The notes: generated by a model from the sequence alone, not told the origin. Counted from the stretch's first letter, positions 7,681 to 15,637 are shown. The stretch: DNA of 18,461 nucleotides from Candidatus Eiseniibacteriota bacterium (GCA_031370785.1 JANMQY010000110.1:1-18461), one strand, 5' to 3'. Numbers and translations are program-made.

Positions 7681-9561
7681 CTACTTCTTCGGCGGATTGG
7701 TTCGATCGAGAATCTCGAGCTGCTGCCTGGCCTCGGCGTTGTCCGGCTGGAGGACCAGCAGGTACTTGAGCGCGAAGCGGCAATCCTCGGGGTCGGGGAC
7801 GCGCGAGGCGACCGCGGCCAGCCCGAGCCACGCCGAGGGATTGTTCGGATCCTTCTCGACCAATCGGTGATAGACGCGCTGCGCCTCGCGCAGGTCGCCG
7901 TGCATGGTCTCGGCGATCGCCCACTGCTGGAGGATGCGCGGGCTCGGCGAAGTTTCGGCCGCGATCGAGAACCCCTGCGCCGCCTTCGCCCAGCGCTCGA
8001 GGTGGTAGTTGCGGATGCCGAGGTAGTCCCAGCTGGTGCCGCGCTCGAGGCCGGTGCGCAGCGGCGGCTCGGTCATGAACGCCTCGACCCGCCGGAATCC
8101 CGAGTCGATGTCGTTGAAGTGCACGAGCCACTGAACCGCCGGCATCATCACCGCAAACGTCACGCCGACCGAGAGCCAGCGCCGCGTCCCGGCTCCGCGC
8201 AGCGTCTCGCCGACCAGCCAGGCGGCGACGAGAGCGAGCGCCGCACCGGTGGCCGCGAAGTCGTCCCAGTCGCGGAACATGCCCTGCGCCGGGTGAATGA
8301 ACGGCATGGCGATGGTGAATGGCAGGGCGAGCGCGAGCAGCACCGCGATCTCCGCGCCCGCTCCGCCCTCGCGCGAGGCGCGCGCGCGCCGGGCCAGCGC
8401 GAGCATCACCGCAAGCAGGGGCGCGACGAGTGCGAGTGGGGCGAGAAACGCAACCAGGTTTTTCATGTCGAGGATTCGCGTTCCCGAGAACGCGGCCACC
8501 AGCGCGCCCTGGCGCCTGACTTCGGCCGGAGCGAGATGAACCGAATCGAAGCGCAGCATGGTCGCGACGATGTGGGGCCCGAGCGCGATCACCGCGACGA
8601 TCGGTGCCAGCAGCGCGACGAGATACGCCGGCCGGCGCAGCGCGACCGGCGCGCCCGGACGCCTCAGCCACAACGCCCAGGCGACGACCACCACCGGCAG
8701 CATCGCGACCGCCGAACGATGGAGCGCGAGCCCGAGCGCCACGGTGATGCCGAGCCCGAGCGCTGGCCCCGCGCCCGCCGGCTGATCCGCTTCGCCCTCC
8801 GGCCGGCGCACCATGCGCACCGCGCACACTCCCGCGGCGACCACCAGCACCACCATCTCGCACAGCGCCTTGCTGTAGCCGGTGAACATGCACAGGTAGC
8901 CGCCGAAGAACACCGCCGCGGTGACCGCGACCGCGGCACTTCCGCGCAGCGCGCGCGCGCGCGCGAAGGCGCCGGCGAGTACCGCCAGCACCGCCGCCTC
9001 GATCGCGCCCATGAGCCGGGGCGTGGTGTTGGCATCGAACAGGCCCGCATTCTGCGCCGCGCTCGGCAGCGTGAAGTGCAGCAGCACGTCGAGCGGCTGC
9101 GCCTGCGGATAGATGATGCCGGGCTGTCCCGCCTCCTCGACCGTGCCCTGGCGCAGCAGGAAATCGCCGACGTAGCGCACCAGGTCGGGGAAGGCCCAGA
9201 CCAGCCAGGCGCCGAGAAGCGCGAGCACCAGCGAGGATGCGAGCGGCCGGCGCGCGATGCGATCCCCCGCCCAGTTCCACGCCGGCTCGAGCGCGCGGGC
9301 CACCGGCGGGATCAGCGCGAGCGCAGCCAGAGCCCACGGCCCCCACGCGAACAGGGGCCCAAGGAAACGCTGAAGGTTGAGCCCCCATGCCCACATGCCC
9401 GGCACGAACGTGAGCACGAGCCGGATCAGGGCGAGCGCACCGAGCGCGATCCACAGGGCGAGCGCCGCCCGCATCTCCTCGGGCGTCGCGGGCGGCTGGG
9501 CCGCGGCGGGGCGGCTCGACGCGCGGCCGGATCTGGAGCGTGTCGGTAACCGTCGAGTCAT
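7681..9561 (-). CDS. Polytopic membrane protein with C-terminal TPR domain (paralog 3 of 3; putative GT-C-like glycosyltransferase)
   Basis: 626 aa with about 11-13 hydrophobic segments. Motifs MWAWGLN, PD....GDFLLRQG, PQAQPLDVLLH, GGYLCMFTGYSK, LHRS and HPAQGMFRDWDDFA. C-terminal TPRs (...LVEKDPNNPSAWLGLA...QPDNAEA). Confidence 0.85.
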   Translation of the reverse strand: MTRRLPTRSRSGRASSRPAAAQPPATPEEMRAALALWIALGALALIRLVLTFVPGMWAWGLNLQRFLGPLFAWGPWALAALALIPPVARALEPAWNWAGDRIARRPLASSLVLALLGAWLVWAFPDLVRYVGDFLLRQGTVEEAGQPGIIYPQAQPLDVLLHFTLPSAAQNAGLFDANTTPRLMGAIEAAVLAVLAGAFARARALRGSAAVAVTAAVFFGGYLCMFTGYSKALCEMVVLVVAAGVCAVRMVRRPEGEADQPAGAGPALGLGITVALGLALHRSAVAMLPVVVVAWALWLRRPGAPVALRRPAYLVALLAPIVAVIALGPHIVATMLRFDSVHLAPAEVRRQGALVAAFSGTRILDMKNLVAFLAPLALVAPLLAVMLALARRARASREGGAGAEIAVLLALALPFTIAMPFIHPAQGMFRDWDDFAATGAALALVAAWLVGETLRGAGTRRWLSVGVTFAVMMPAVQWLVHFNDIDSGFRRVEAFMTEPPLRTGLERGTSWDYLGIRNYHLERWAKAAQGFSIAAETSPSPRILQQWAIAETMHGDLREAQRVYHRLVEKDPNNPSAWLGLAAVASRVPDPEDCRFALKYLLVLQPDNAEARQQLEILDRTNPPKK

Positions 9562-9572
9562 GGTGGCCGGCG

Positions 9573-9578
9573 ATTCTA
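9573..9578 (-). promoter_or_regulatory. Possible -10 element giving a near-leaderless transcript of the 7681-9561 paralog
   Basis: TAGAAT lies 11 nt upstream of the ATG at 9561, within a 43-bp gap. No Shine-Dalgarno sequence and no good -35. Confidence 0.4.
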
Positions 9579-9604
9579 CTTCAGCGCGAGCGGAAGGCGC
9601 ACCT

Positions 9605-11530
9605 TCAGCGGGCGGGGCTGCGCCTCTGCGCGGACGCGAGCGTGTCCGCGCCTTCGAGCCTGCTCAGCAGATCGGCCGCCGCCCGGTTCTTCGGGTCGAG
9701 CTCGAGCGCACGCCGCGCGTAGCCACGCGCGGCCTCCAGCTCGCCGAGGTCGGCGGTGATCGTGGCCAGGGTGAGCCACACCCCGGCCATGTTCGGACCC
9801 CGGGCCGCCGCCCGGAGCAGGATCGCCTGCGCATCACGGGTGTGCCCGAGATCCGCTTCGGCAATCGCCCACTCGACCAGGAAACGTGGGCTCGGCGCGA
9901 TCGCCGCGGCCTCGCGGTACGCCTCGGCCGCGGCCTCGCGCCGCCGGTCCGCCATATGGCGCACGCCGAGCCACGCCCACAGCTGGGCCCGCTCCGGGTC
10001 CGGGCGGCGCGGCTCTTCGATGAGGTAGGCTCGCACGCGCGCGATGCCGCGTGGCACATCGGTGCCCTGTCCGATCCAGACGACCGCGGGCGCGAGCGCG
10101 GCGCACACCACGGCGGGCGCGAGCCACGCGTGGCGCGGAGCGGCGCGCAGAGTCTCGCCAACCACCCACGCGAGCGCGAGCGAGAGTGCGACCGCGCTCG
10201 GCGCGAACACATCCCAATCGCGCAGCTCGCCCTGACGCGGATGTACGAGCAGGATCGTGAGCGTGGCCACCAGCGCGAACGCGGCAACCACCGCGGCGTC
10301 GGGCCGACGCCGCGCGTGCCGGAGCAGCGGCAACGCGACAAACGGCAGCGCCACGGCGAGCGGCGAGAGCAGCAGCACGTGATCGAGCGCATCGGCCAGG
10401 TGCACTCGAGAGACCAGCGCGGCGAGCACGCCGGCCAGCCCCGCGCCGCCTTGCGCCGCGCTGCCGAGGGCGAGGTGCTCGCGATCGGTCGCGGTGAACG
10501 TCACGAGCATGCGCGGCATGGCAAAGGCGAGCGCGCCGGCCGGAAGCGCGAGCCCGAGCGCCACGTCCCAGCGGCTCCATCGACCGCCGCCGCCGAAACG
10601 CCGGAACCATGCGATCCATGCGACCGCGGCCGGCACGAGCAGGAGCGCGCCCGAACGATGCAGCAGGATTCCGAGCGCGAGCGTCGCGCCCATGAGCAAC
10701 AGGCCGCGGCCCTCGTGCACCATCCACATCGCGCACACCCCGATGCACGCGGTGATCACCACCAGCTCGCCGAGCGCCTTGCCGAACCCGGTGAACAGGC
10801 CGAGGTATCCGCCGAAGATCACGATCGCGGCCGCGGCCAGCCCCGTGCCTCCGTTCAGCCGCAGCGCCCGGGCATAGGCGACGCCGAGCCCGGCGAGCAG
10901 AGCAGCCTTGATCGCGCCGAGCACCCGCTCCGTGACCAGCGGTTCCACTCCGAGCTGGCTGCGCAACCACACCGGCAGCCGGTAGTGGAGCAGCAGATCG
11001 AGCGGGGTCGCCTGCGGAAACACGTTTTCGGGCGGCACCTGTCCGAGCGCGCTACCGAGGCGCATCATGAAGTCACCCACGAAATAGAGTCGGTCGGGCA
11101 GACTCCAGACCAGGAGCGCGAACGCAGCGCAGGCGAGCGCGACCAGCGCCGGGTGCGCCACCAGCGCATCGCCGGTGCGTGAGAAGGCCGGCATCGCGCG
11201 CCGCGCCACCGATGGAATCAGCATCGCGGCCGCGATCGCCCACAGGCTCCAGCCCCACGCCGGCGCGACGAAGCGCAGCGTGTTGGCGCCCCACCACCAC
11301 ATGCCGGGCAGGAACGCGAGCGCGGCGCGCGCCAGGGCGAGCGCCACGAGCACGAACCAAAGCGAGCGGGCGGCAGCGCTCGCATCCGCGGGATCGGCGG
11401 CGGCCAAGACCGGCGGCCGCGATGCGGCGGGTGGAACGCGGGGAGCGGAGCGGGCGCGACCCGTGCGTGCCGCGGGCCCACTCTGGCCTCGCGTTCCGCG
11501 CGCGGCGCCGGCTTCCTTCTTCATCGCCAT
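9605..11530 (-). CDS. Polytopic membrane protein with C-terminal TPR domain (paralog 2 of 3; putative GT-C-like glycosyltransferase)
   Basis: 641 aa (the start may be the ATG at 11524). Motifs MWWWGAN, PD....GDFMMRLG, PQATPLDLLLH, GGYLGLFTGFGK, LHRS and HPRQGELRDWDVFA. C-terminal TPRs (...ARRALELDPKNRAA). Confidence 0.85.
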   Translation of the reverse strand: MAMKKEAGAARGTRGQSGPAARTGRARSAPRVPPAASRPPVLAAADPADASAAARSLWFVLVALALARAALAFLPGMWWWGANTLRFVAPAWGWSLWAIAAAMLIPSVARRAMPAFSRTGDALVAHPALVALACAAFALLVWSLPDRLYFVGDFMMRLGSALGQVPPENVFPQATPLDLLLHYRLPVWLRSQLGVEPLVTERVLGAIKAALLAGLGVAYARALRLNGGTGLAAAAIVIFGGYLGLFTGFGKALGELVVITACIGVCAMWMVHEGRGLLLMGATLALGILLHRSGALLLVPAAVAWIAWFRRFGGGGRWSRWDVALGLALPAGALAFAMPRMLVTFTATDREHLALGSAAQGGAGLAGVLAALVSRVHLADALDHVLLLSPLAVALPFVALPLLRHARRRPDAAVVAAFALVATLTILLVHPRQGELRDWDVFAPSAVALSLALAWVVGETLRAAPRHAWLAPAVVCAALAPAVVWIGQGTDVPRGIARVRAYLIEEPRRPDPERAQLWAWLGVRHMADRRREAAAEAYREAAAIAPSPRFLVEWAIAEADLGHTRDAQAILLRAAARGPNMAGVWLTLATITADLGELEAARGYARRALELDPKNRAAADLLSRLEGADTLASAQRRSPAR

Positions 11531-11543
11531 CCGCGCGGCGTGT

Positions 11544-13472
11544 TCAGCGCGCGGGTCGCGGGGTGCGCATGCTCTCGAGGTAGTCGTACAGGGCGGGCAA
11601 CTGCTCGTGCTGCGGATTCAGCTGCTGGATGGCCCGCGTGGCGCGCGCGCAGGTCGCGGTGTCGTCGAGCCAGGTGGACGAGGTCGCGAGTCCCAGCCAT
11701 GCCAGCGTGAAGTCTGGATTGCGCCTCACCGCGCGCGCGTACAGTCCCTGCGCTTCGAGGTAGTGCCCCTGCATGGCCTCGGCCATTCCCCACTGCGCGA
11801 ACAGTCGCGGGTTGGGCGCCTGCTCGGCGGCGTTCCGATAGGCGAGCGATGCGTCCTCCCAGTGTTTGCGCGCGAACGAACGGTTGCCGAGGAACTCCCA
11901 GGTGGTCGCGCGCTCGTCTCCGGTGCGTTGCGGCGTTTCGGTCACGAACGCGCGCACGCGTTCGGCGCCGCGTTCGAAGTCGCTCAGGTGCGCCAGCCAT
12001 TGAAAACTGGGGAGCGCGACCCCGACCATCACCGCCACGCCGAGCGCGGCGTGCCGTGGCGAGCGTACCACTTCGCCGACCAGCCACGCCGCGATCAGCG
12101 ACAGCGCGACGCCGCTCGCCGCGAAAATGTCCCAGTCTCGGAACACGCCCTGCGAGGGATGCACGAACGGCATCATTCCCACCAGCGGCAACGCCAGCGC
12201 ACCCAGCACCCAGCCCTCGCGCCGGCGCAGCAGCGCCGGTCCGAATCCGAGCGCGACCAGTGGAATCGCCGGGGCGAGCGGCGAGAGCAGCGCCGCGAGA
12301 TTCGCGAGGTCCAGCGCGCGCGTTCCCGAGAACGCCGCCTGCAGAATGCCCGCGCTCCGCGCATCGGCAGGCAGGAAGTGAACGGCGTCGCGCATCCGCA
12401 TCGCGGCCAGAATGCGCGGCGCCATCACCGCGAGGGTCACGACCGGCAACGCAAACGCGGCGAGCGCGGCGGGGCGGCGCCAGGCGCCCTCCCTTCCGTG
12501 GCGGTTCCACCACAGCGCCCACGCCACCGGCAGCACCGGGAGAAACGCGAGCCCCGAGCGGTGCAGCGCGATTCCGGCGGAGATCGCAAGCGAGAGCGGC
12601 AGCAGGCCACCGCCTTCCCGCACCGCGCGCACGCCGAAGGCGCCCACGGCCACGGTGACCAGGCACAGCTCGGCGAACGACTTTCCGTATCCGGTGAAGA
12701 GCCCGAGGTAGCCGCCGCAGACCACGGTCGAGGCCGCCGCGAGGGCCGCGGGACCGCGCAGCGCCAGCGCCCGCACGAACACCAGCGCGAGGAGCGCGAG
12801 CACCGCCACCTCGAACACGCCGATCAGGCGCGCCGCACCGTTCGAGCTCAAGCCCCCGTGCGCGACGAGGAAGCGCGGCAGCTCGACATGGAGCAGCACG
12901 TCGAGCGGCAGAGCCTGAGGGAACAGAATTGCCGCGGACTTGCCCTGGGTGACCGTCCCCTGCCGCATCAGGAAATCGCCGGTGAAGAGCAGGCGATCGG
13001 GAAGCAGCCAGGCGAGCGAGGCGAGCAGCGTCGAGGCGACCAGCGAGGAGATCACCGGCAGGCGCACGATCGAGTTGCCGAGCGAGGTGGCAGCCGGGAC
13101 TAACAGCGCGGTCAGCGGCAGCACGACGCCGACCGCGACGTCGAGCCAGTTCAGCCACTCCTTGTCCGGACCGAGGAATCGCCGGACGTTCAAGCCCCAC
13201 AGCCACATCGACGGCGTGTAGACCGTGATCGCGCGACTGAGGGCGAGCGCAATCAGACACATCCAGAGCACCGGCGCGGCGCGGTTCGCCGCTGCGGCCA
13301 GCGAGTCGGCGGGCGCGGTCAGCGACGGGGCGGGCGCAGGTCGCGGCGCGACAGTGGCAGATCGCGGTGCGGCAGTTGCAGTCCGCGGCGCTGGAGTCGC
13401 AGGCCGCGCCTTCACGCGGTGGGCAGCCTGAGCGCCGGGCTCTCGCTTGGCTCGGGAGTCAGACGAATTCAT
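11544..13472 (-). CDS. Polytopic membrane protein with C-terminal TPR domain (paralog 1 of 3; putative GT-C-like glycosyltransferase)
   Basis: 642 aa, with GGGGTGG upstream of the ATG. Motifs MWLWGLN, PD....GDFLMRQG, PQALPLDVLLH, GGYLGLFTGYGK, LHRS and HPSQGVFRDWDIFA. C-terminal TPRs (...AVRRNPDFTLAWLGLA). Confidence 0.85.
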   Translation of the reverse strand: MNSSDSRAKREPGAQAAHRVKARPATPAPRTATAAPRSATVAPRPAPAPSLTAPADSLAAAANRAAPVLWMCLIALALSRAITVYTPSMWLWGLNVRRFLGPDKEWLNWLDVAVGVVLPLTALLVPAATSLGNSIVRLPVISSLVASTLLASLAWLLPDRLLFTGDFLMRQGTVTQGKSAAILFPQALPLDVLLHVELPRFLVAHGGLSSNGAARLIGVFEVAVLALLALVFVRALALRGPAALAAASTVVCGGYLGLFTGYGKSFAELCLVTVAVGAFGVRAVREGGGLLPLSLAISAGIALHRSGLAFLPVLPVAWALWWNRHGREGAWRRPAALAAFALPVVTLAVMAPRILAAMRMRDAVHFLPADARSAGILQAAFSGTRALDLANLAALLSPLAPAIPLVALGFGPALLRRREGWVLGALALPLVGMMPFVHPSQGVFRDWDIFAASGVALSLIAAWLVGEVVRSPRHAALGVAVMVGVALPSFQWLAHLSDFERGAERVRAFVTETPQRTGDERATTWEFLGNRSFARKHWEDASLAYRNAAEQAPNPRLFAQWGMAEAMQGHYLEAQGLYARAVRRNPDFTLAWLGLATSSTWLDDTATCARATRAIQQLNPQHEQLPALYDYLESMRTPRPAR

Positions 13473-13562
13473 GCCACCCCATGATGACGGTCGGTCCTGT
13501 ATGGAAATCGGGCGACAACGGACACGCGGAGGGCCGCGCGGCAGTGCCGGGTCCGGTCACGA

Positions 13563-13596
13563 CTGACGCCCGGTCGCGCGTGACGACGGGCGTCAG
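13563..13596. repeat. Intergenic inverted repeat (perfect 10-bp stem)
   Basis: CTGACGCCCG (13563-13572) and CGGGCGTCAG (13587-13596). Confidence 0.55.
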
Positions 13597-13730
13597 GCTC
13601 TCACGCTGGCGCGAGCGCGTGGTGCGCTCGAATACGAACGCCACGCACGCCGTGACCATCGCGACGCATTCGCGCGACGAACGCGCGCCCGGCTGAACGC
13701 GCATATCGAGAGCGCGCCGCGCGGAAGATT

Positions 13731-13757
13731 TTCTCGCGCCGAGAGCCGGCGCGGGAA
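13731..13757. repeat. Intergenic hairpin downstream of nth, possibly a terminator or stabiliser
   Basis: TTCTCGCGCCG-agagc-CGGCGCGGGAA forms an 11-bp stem with one G-U pair on the + strand. It has no clean U-tract. Confidence 0.4.
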
Positions 13758-13808
13758 GTTCAGAAGTCGTAAAGCGGGTGAAGAATCGGTGGCGCGGCCG
13801 TCGGACGG

Positions 13809-14726
13809 CTAATCCGACGTGGTCACTCCGATCCGCGGACAGTGTGGCAGGAGGGCGCAGACCGAGCAGTGGGGCTTGCGCGCATTGCACACCGCGCGAC
13901 CGTGCAGGATCAGCCAGTGCGAGAACAGGGTCCACCGCTCGCGCGGGAGGATCTTCATGAGCGCGAATTCGATCTTCACCGCGTCGCTCTCACGGGTGAG
14001 AGCGAGCCGATTCGCGACGCGGCTCACGTGCGTGTCCACCACCAGCCCGGGCACGCCGTAGGCGTTTCCGAGCACCACGTTCGCGGTCTTGCGCCCGACT
14101 CCGCGCAGCGCGGTCAACGCCTCGAGCGTGTTCGGGGCCTGGCCGCCGTGCTTGGAGACGATGTCGCCGCAGCACTCGCGGATGGCGCGCGCCTTGTTCC
14201 GGAAGAACCCGGTCGAGCGAATCATCGCCTCGAGCTCGGCCGGGTCGGCGGCCGCGAACGCCGCGGCGTCCGGGTAGCGCGCGAACAGACCGGGCGTGAC
14301 CATGTTCACCCGCACGTCGGTGCACTGCGCCGAGAGGATGGTAGCGATCAGGAGCTGCAGCGGATTCTCGAAGTCGAGCGCGCACTTCGCGTCGGGGTAG
14401 AGCCCGCGAAGGATCTCGAGAACGTGCGCCACGCGCTCCGGGTCGGGCGGTGCGGAGCTCCTGGCCGGTCTGGCCTTGCGTCTTGGTGACGGAACGCGCT
14501 TGGCGGCCACCTTCGCGCGCCGAGTCGCGGGCACGCGACGCGTCGGCCGTGCGGCGCCCGCGGTGCGCGGTCCGTGGTCGGCGCCCGCGCCTCCCGGAGA
14601 TGTGGCGCGCGAGGCAGCCCGGGTCTTGTTCCGTTTCTTCCGCGGAGTCGAGCGCGCGCGACTCGAGCCCGGAAGGCGGGGCGTGTCGGAGCGCTTGCGT
14701 CTCGATCGCGGCGATTTGCGAGGCAT
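13809..14726 (-). CDS. nth: Endonuclease III (HhH-GPD DNA glycosylase/AP lyase, 4Fe-4S) with long basic N-terminal extension
   Basis: LLIATILSAQCTD.RVN, IRSTGFFRNKA, the HhH motif LRGVGRKTANVVL with its catalytic Lys, VDTHV.R with its catalytic Asp, and the C-x6-C-x2-C-x5-C cluster motif CNARKPHCSVCALLPHC. Confidence 0.97.
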   Translation of the reverse strand: MPRKSPRSRRKRSDTPRLPGSSRARSTPRKKRNKTRAASRATSPGGAGADHGPRTAGAARPTRRVPATRRAKVAAKRVPSPRRKARPARSSAPPDPERVAHVLEILRGLYPDAKCALDFENPLQLLIATILSAQCTDVRVNMVTPGLFARYPDAAAFAAADPAELEAMIRSTGFFRNKARAIRECCGDIVSKHGGQAPNTLEALTALRGVGRKTANVVLGNAYGVPGLVVDTHVSRVANRLALTRESDAVKIEFALMKILPRERWTLFSHWLILHGRAVCNARKPHCSVCALLPHCPRIGVTTSD

Positions 14727-14734
14727 GGCGCGCG

Positions 14735-14764
14735 AGCGTAGTGGAGCGGCCGGGGGACGGGCAA
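14735..14764 (-). promoter_or_regulatory. Putative sigma70 promoter yielding a leaderless nth mRNA
   Basis: Minus strand TTGCCC (14764-14759), 18-nt spacer, TACGCT (14740-14735), then 8 nt to the ATG at 14726. No RBS. Confidence 0.5.
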
Positions 14765-14787
14765 GGAACGAGGTTTGGGCTCCCGAA

Positions 14788-14824
14788 GACGCCCGGGGGC
14801 GGCGTGGTGCCGCACCCGGGCGTC
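14788..14824 (-). terminator. Probable terminator hairpin downstream of the beta-barrel gene
   Basis: GACGCCCGGG (14788-14797) pairs with CCCGGGCGTC (14815-14824), plus an inner GCGGC/GCCGC stem. It lies 24 nt past the stop at 14849 and has only a short TTC tail on the minus strand. Confidence 0.5.
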
Positions 14825-14848
14825 GAATGGCGAATCCTTCCGATTACA

Positions 14849-15637
14849 CTAGAAGCCCCAGTTGAGGCCAAAGCGCATGCCGACGCCGCTGAGCGAGACG
14901 ATCTCGCGCACGACGCCACCACTGATCGGGTCGTCCACGTCGCGATGCGCATCGCCGCCGTTGACGAAGATCTCTCCGCTCAGACGCGAGCGGCCCGAGA
15001 GCGGTAGCGCCGCGCCGCCCCACGCCTGCCAGCCCCAGCCGCCGTAGGTCGCATCGAACGACTCTCCGGTATTGAAATCCTCGGCCGAGAGGAACAGCAC
15101 CTCGTAACCGCCGCCCACGCCGAAGTACGGAATGAACGGCATGTCCGGGTCGGCCTGCACCTGCAGGAATCCCATGATCGGGAACAGGTTCGAGGACGAG
15201 CGAGCCAGCTCGCGGCGGGTGGTGATGGTGGTGCCGCCCGGACCCGGCGTGCTGCCAAGCACGGCGCTCTGGTTGTCGGAGCGATGGACCCAGTCGACCC
15301 CTGCACCGATCTGGATGTGCGGATCCACCAGCGGACCGCCGCGCATGCCGACCACGAATCCGTTGTCGGCATCGCCTTCGGGATCGAAGAACCCGAGGTG
15401 GAGCTGGGTGAGGCTCTCGTTTCTCGGACCGCGATCGTAATCGCGGTACCGCGAGCGCGGCCGGTAACGTACCGCCTCGAGCGTGACGCCTTTCGCGAGA
15501 CTCGCCGCGTCGAAACCGACGATCGGCACCGCGAACGCCGACGGCGTGTATGTCGAGGGGGCGAGCCGGTCGGCCCGCACCGTCCCCGAGGCCGCGACGA
15601 GCGACGCGGCGGCCAGCGCGAGGATCGTGACTTTCAT
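14849..15637 (-). CDS. Outer-membrane beta-barrel protein (small, OmpA/OmpW-like transmembrane domain)
   Basis: The probable start is MKVTILALAAASLVAASGTVRA at 15637 (262 aa), a signal peptide preceded by a GGAGG RBS. Alternating beta-strands (IQIGAGVDW, FIPYFGVGGGY, GWQAWGGA) and a C-terminal beta-signal ending in Phe (MRFGLNWGF). Confidence 0.85.
   Translation of the reverse strand: MKVTILALAAASLVAASGTVRADRLAPSTYTPSAFAVPIVGFDAASLAKGVTLEAVRYRPRSRYRDYDRGPRNESLTQLHLGFFDPEGDADNGFVVGMRGGPLVDPHIQIGAGVDWVHRSDNQSAVLGSTPGPGGTTITTRRELARSSSNLFPIMGFLQVQADPDMPFIPYFGVGGGYEVLFLSAEDFNTGESFDATYGGWGWQAWGGAALPLSGRSRLSGEIFVNGGDAHRDVDDPISGGVVREIVSLSGVGMRFGLNWGF

Noticed and set aside
8949..8965. (GC)n dinucleotide run as a phase-variation tract
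   Set aside because: It is in frame, encoding FARARAL, and such runs are expected at this GC content. The paralogs have equivalent residues without a run.
7867..13103. Long plus-strand ORFs (560, 601 and 642 aa) and alternative-frame minus ORFs (671, 579 and 378 aa) over the triplet
   Set aside because: Shadow frames of the three membrane genes. They are R/A/G/P-rich, and only the annotated frames preserve the shared motifs.
13459..13935. 158-aa minus and 109-aa plus ORFs across the nth-triplet spacer
   Set aside because: They overlap neighbouring genes, lack an RBS and show no protein-like pattern.
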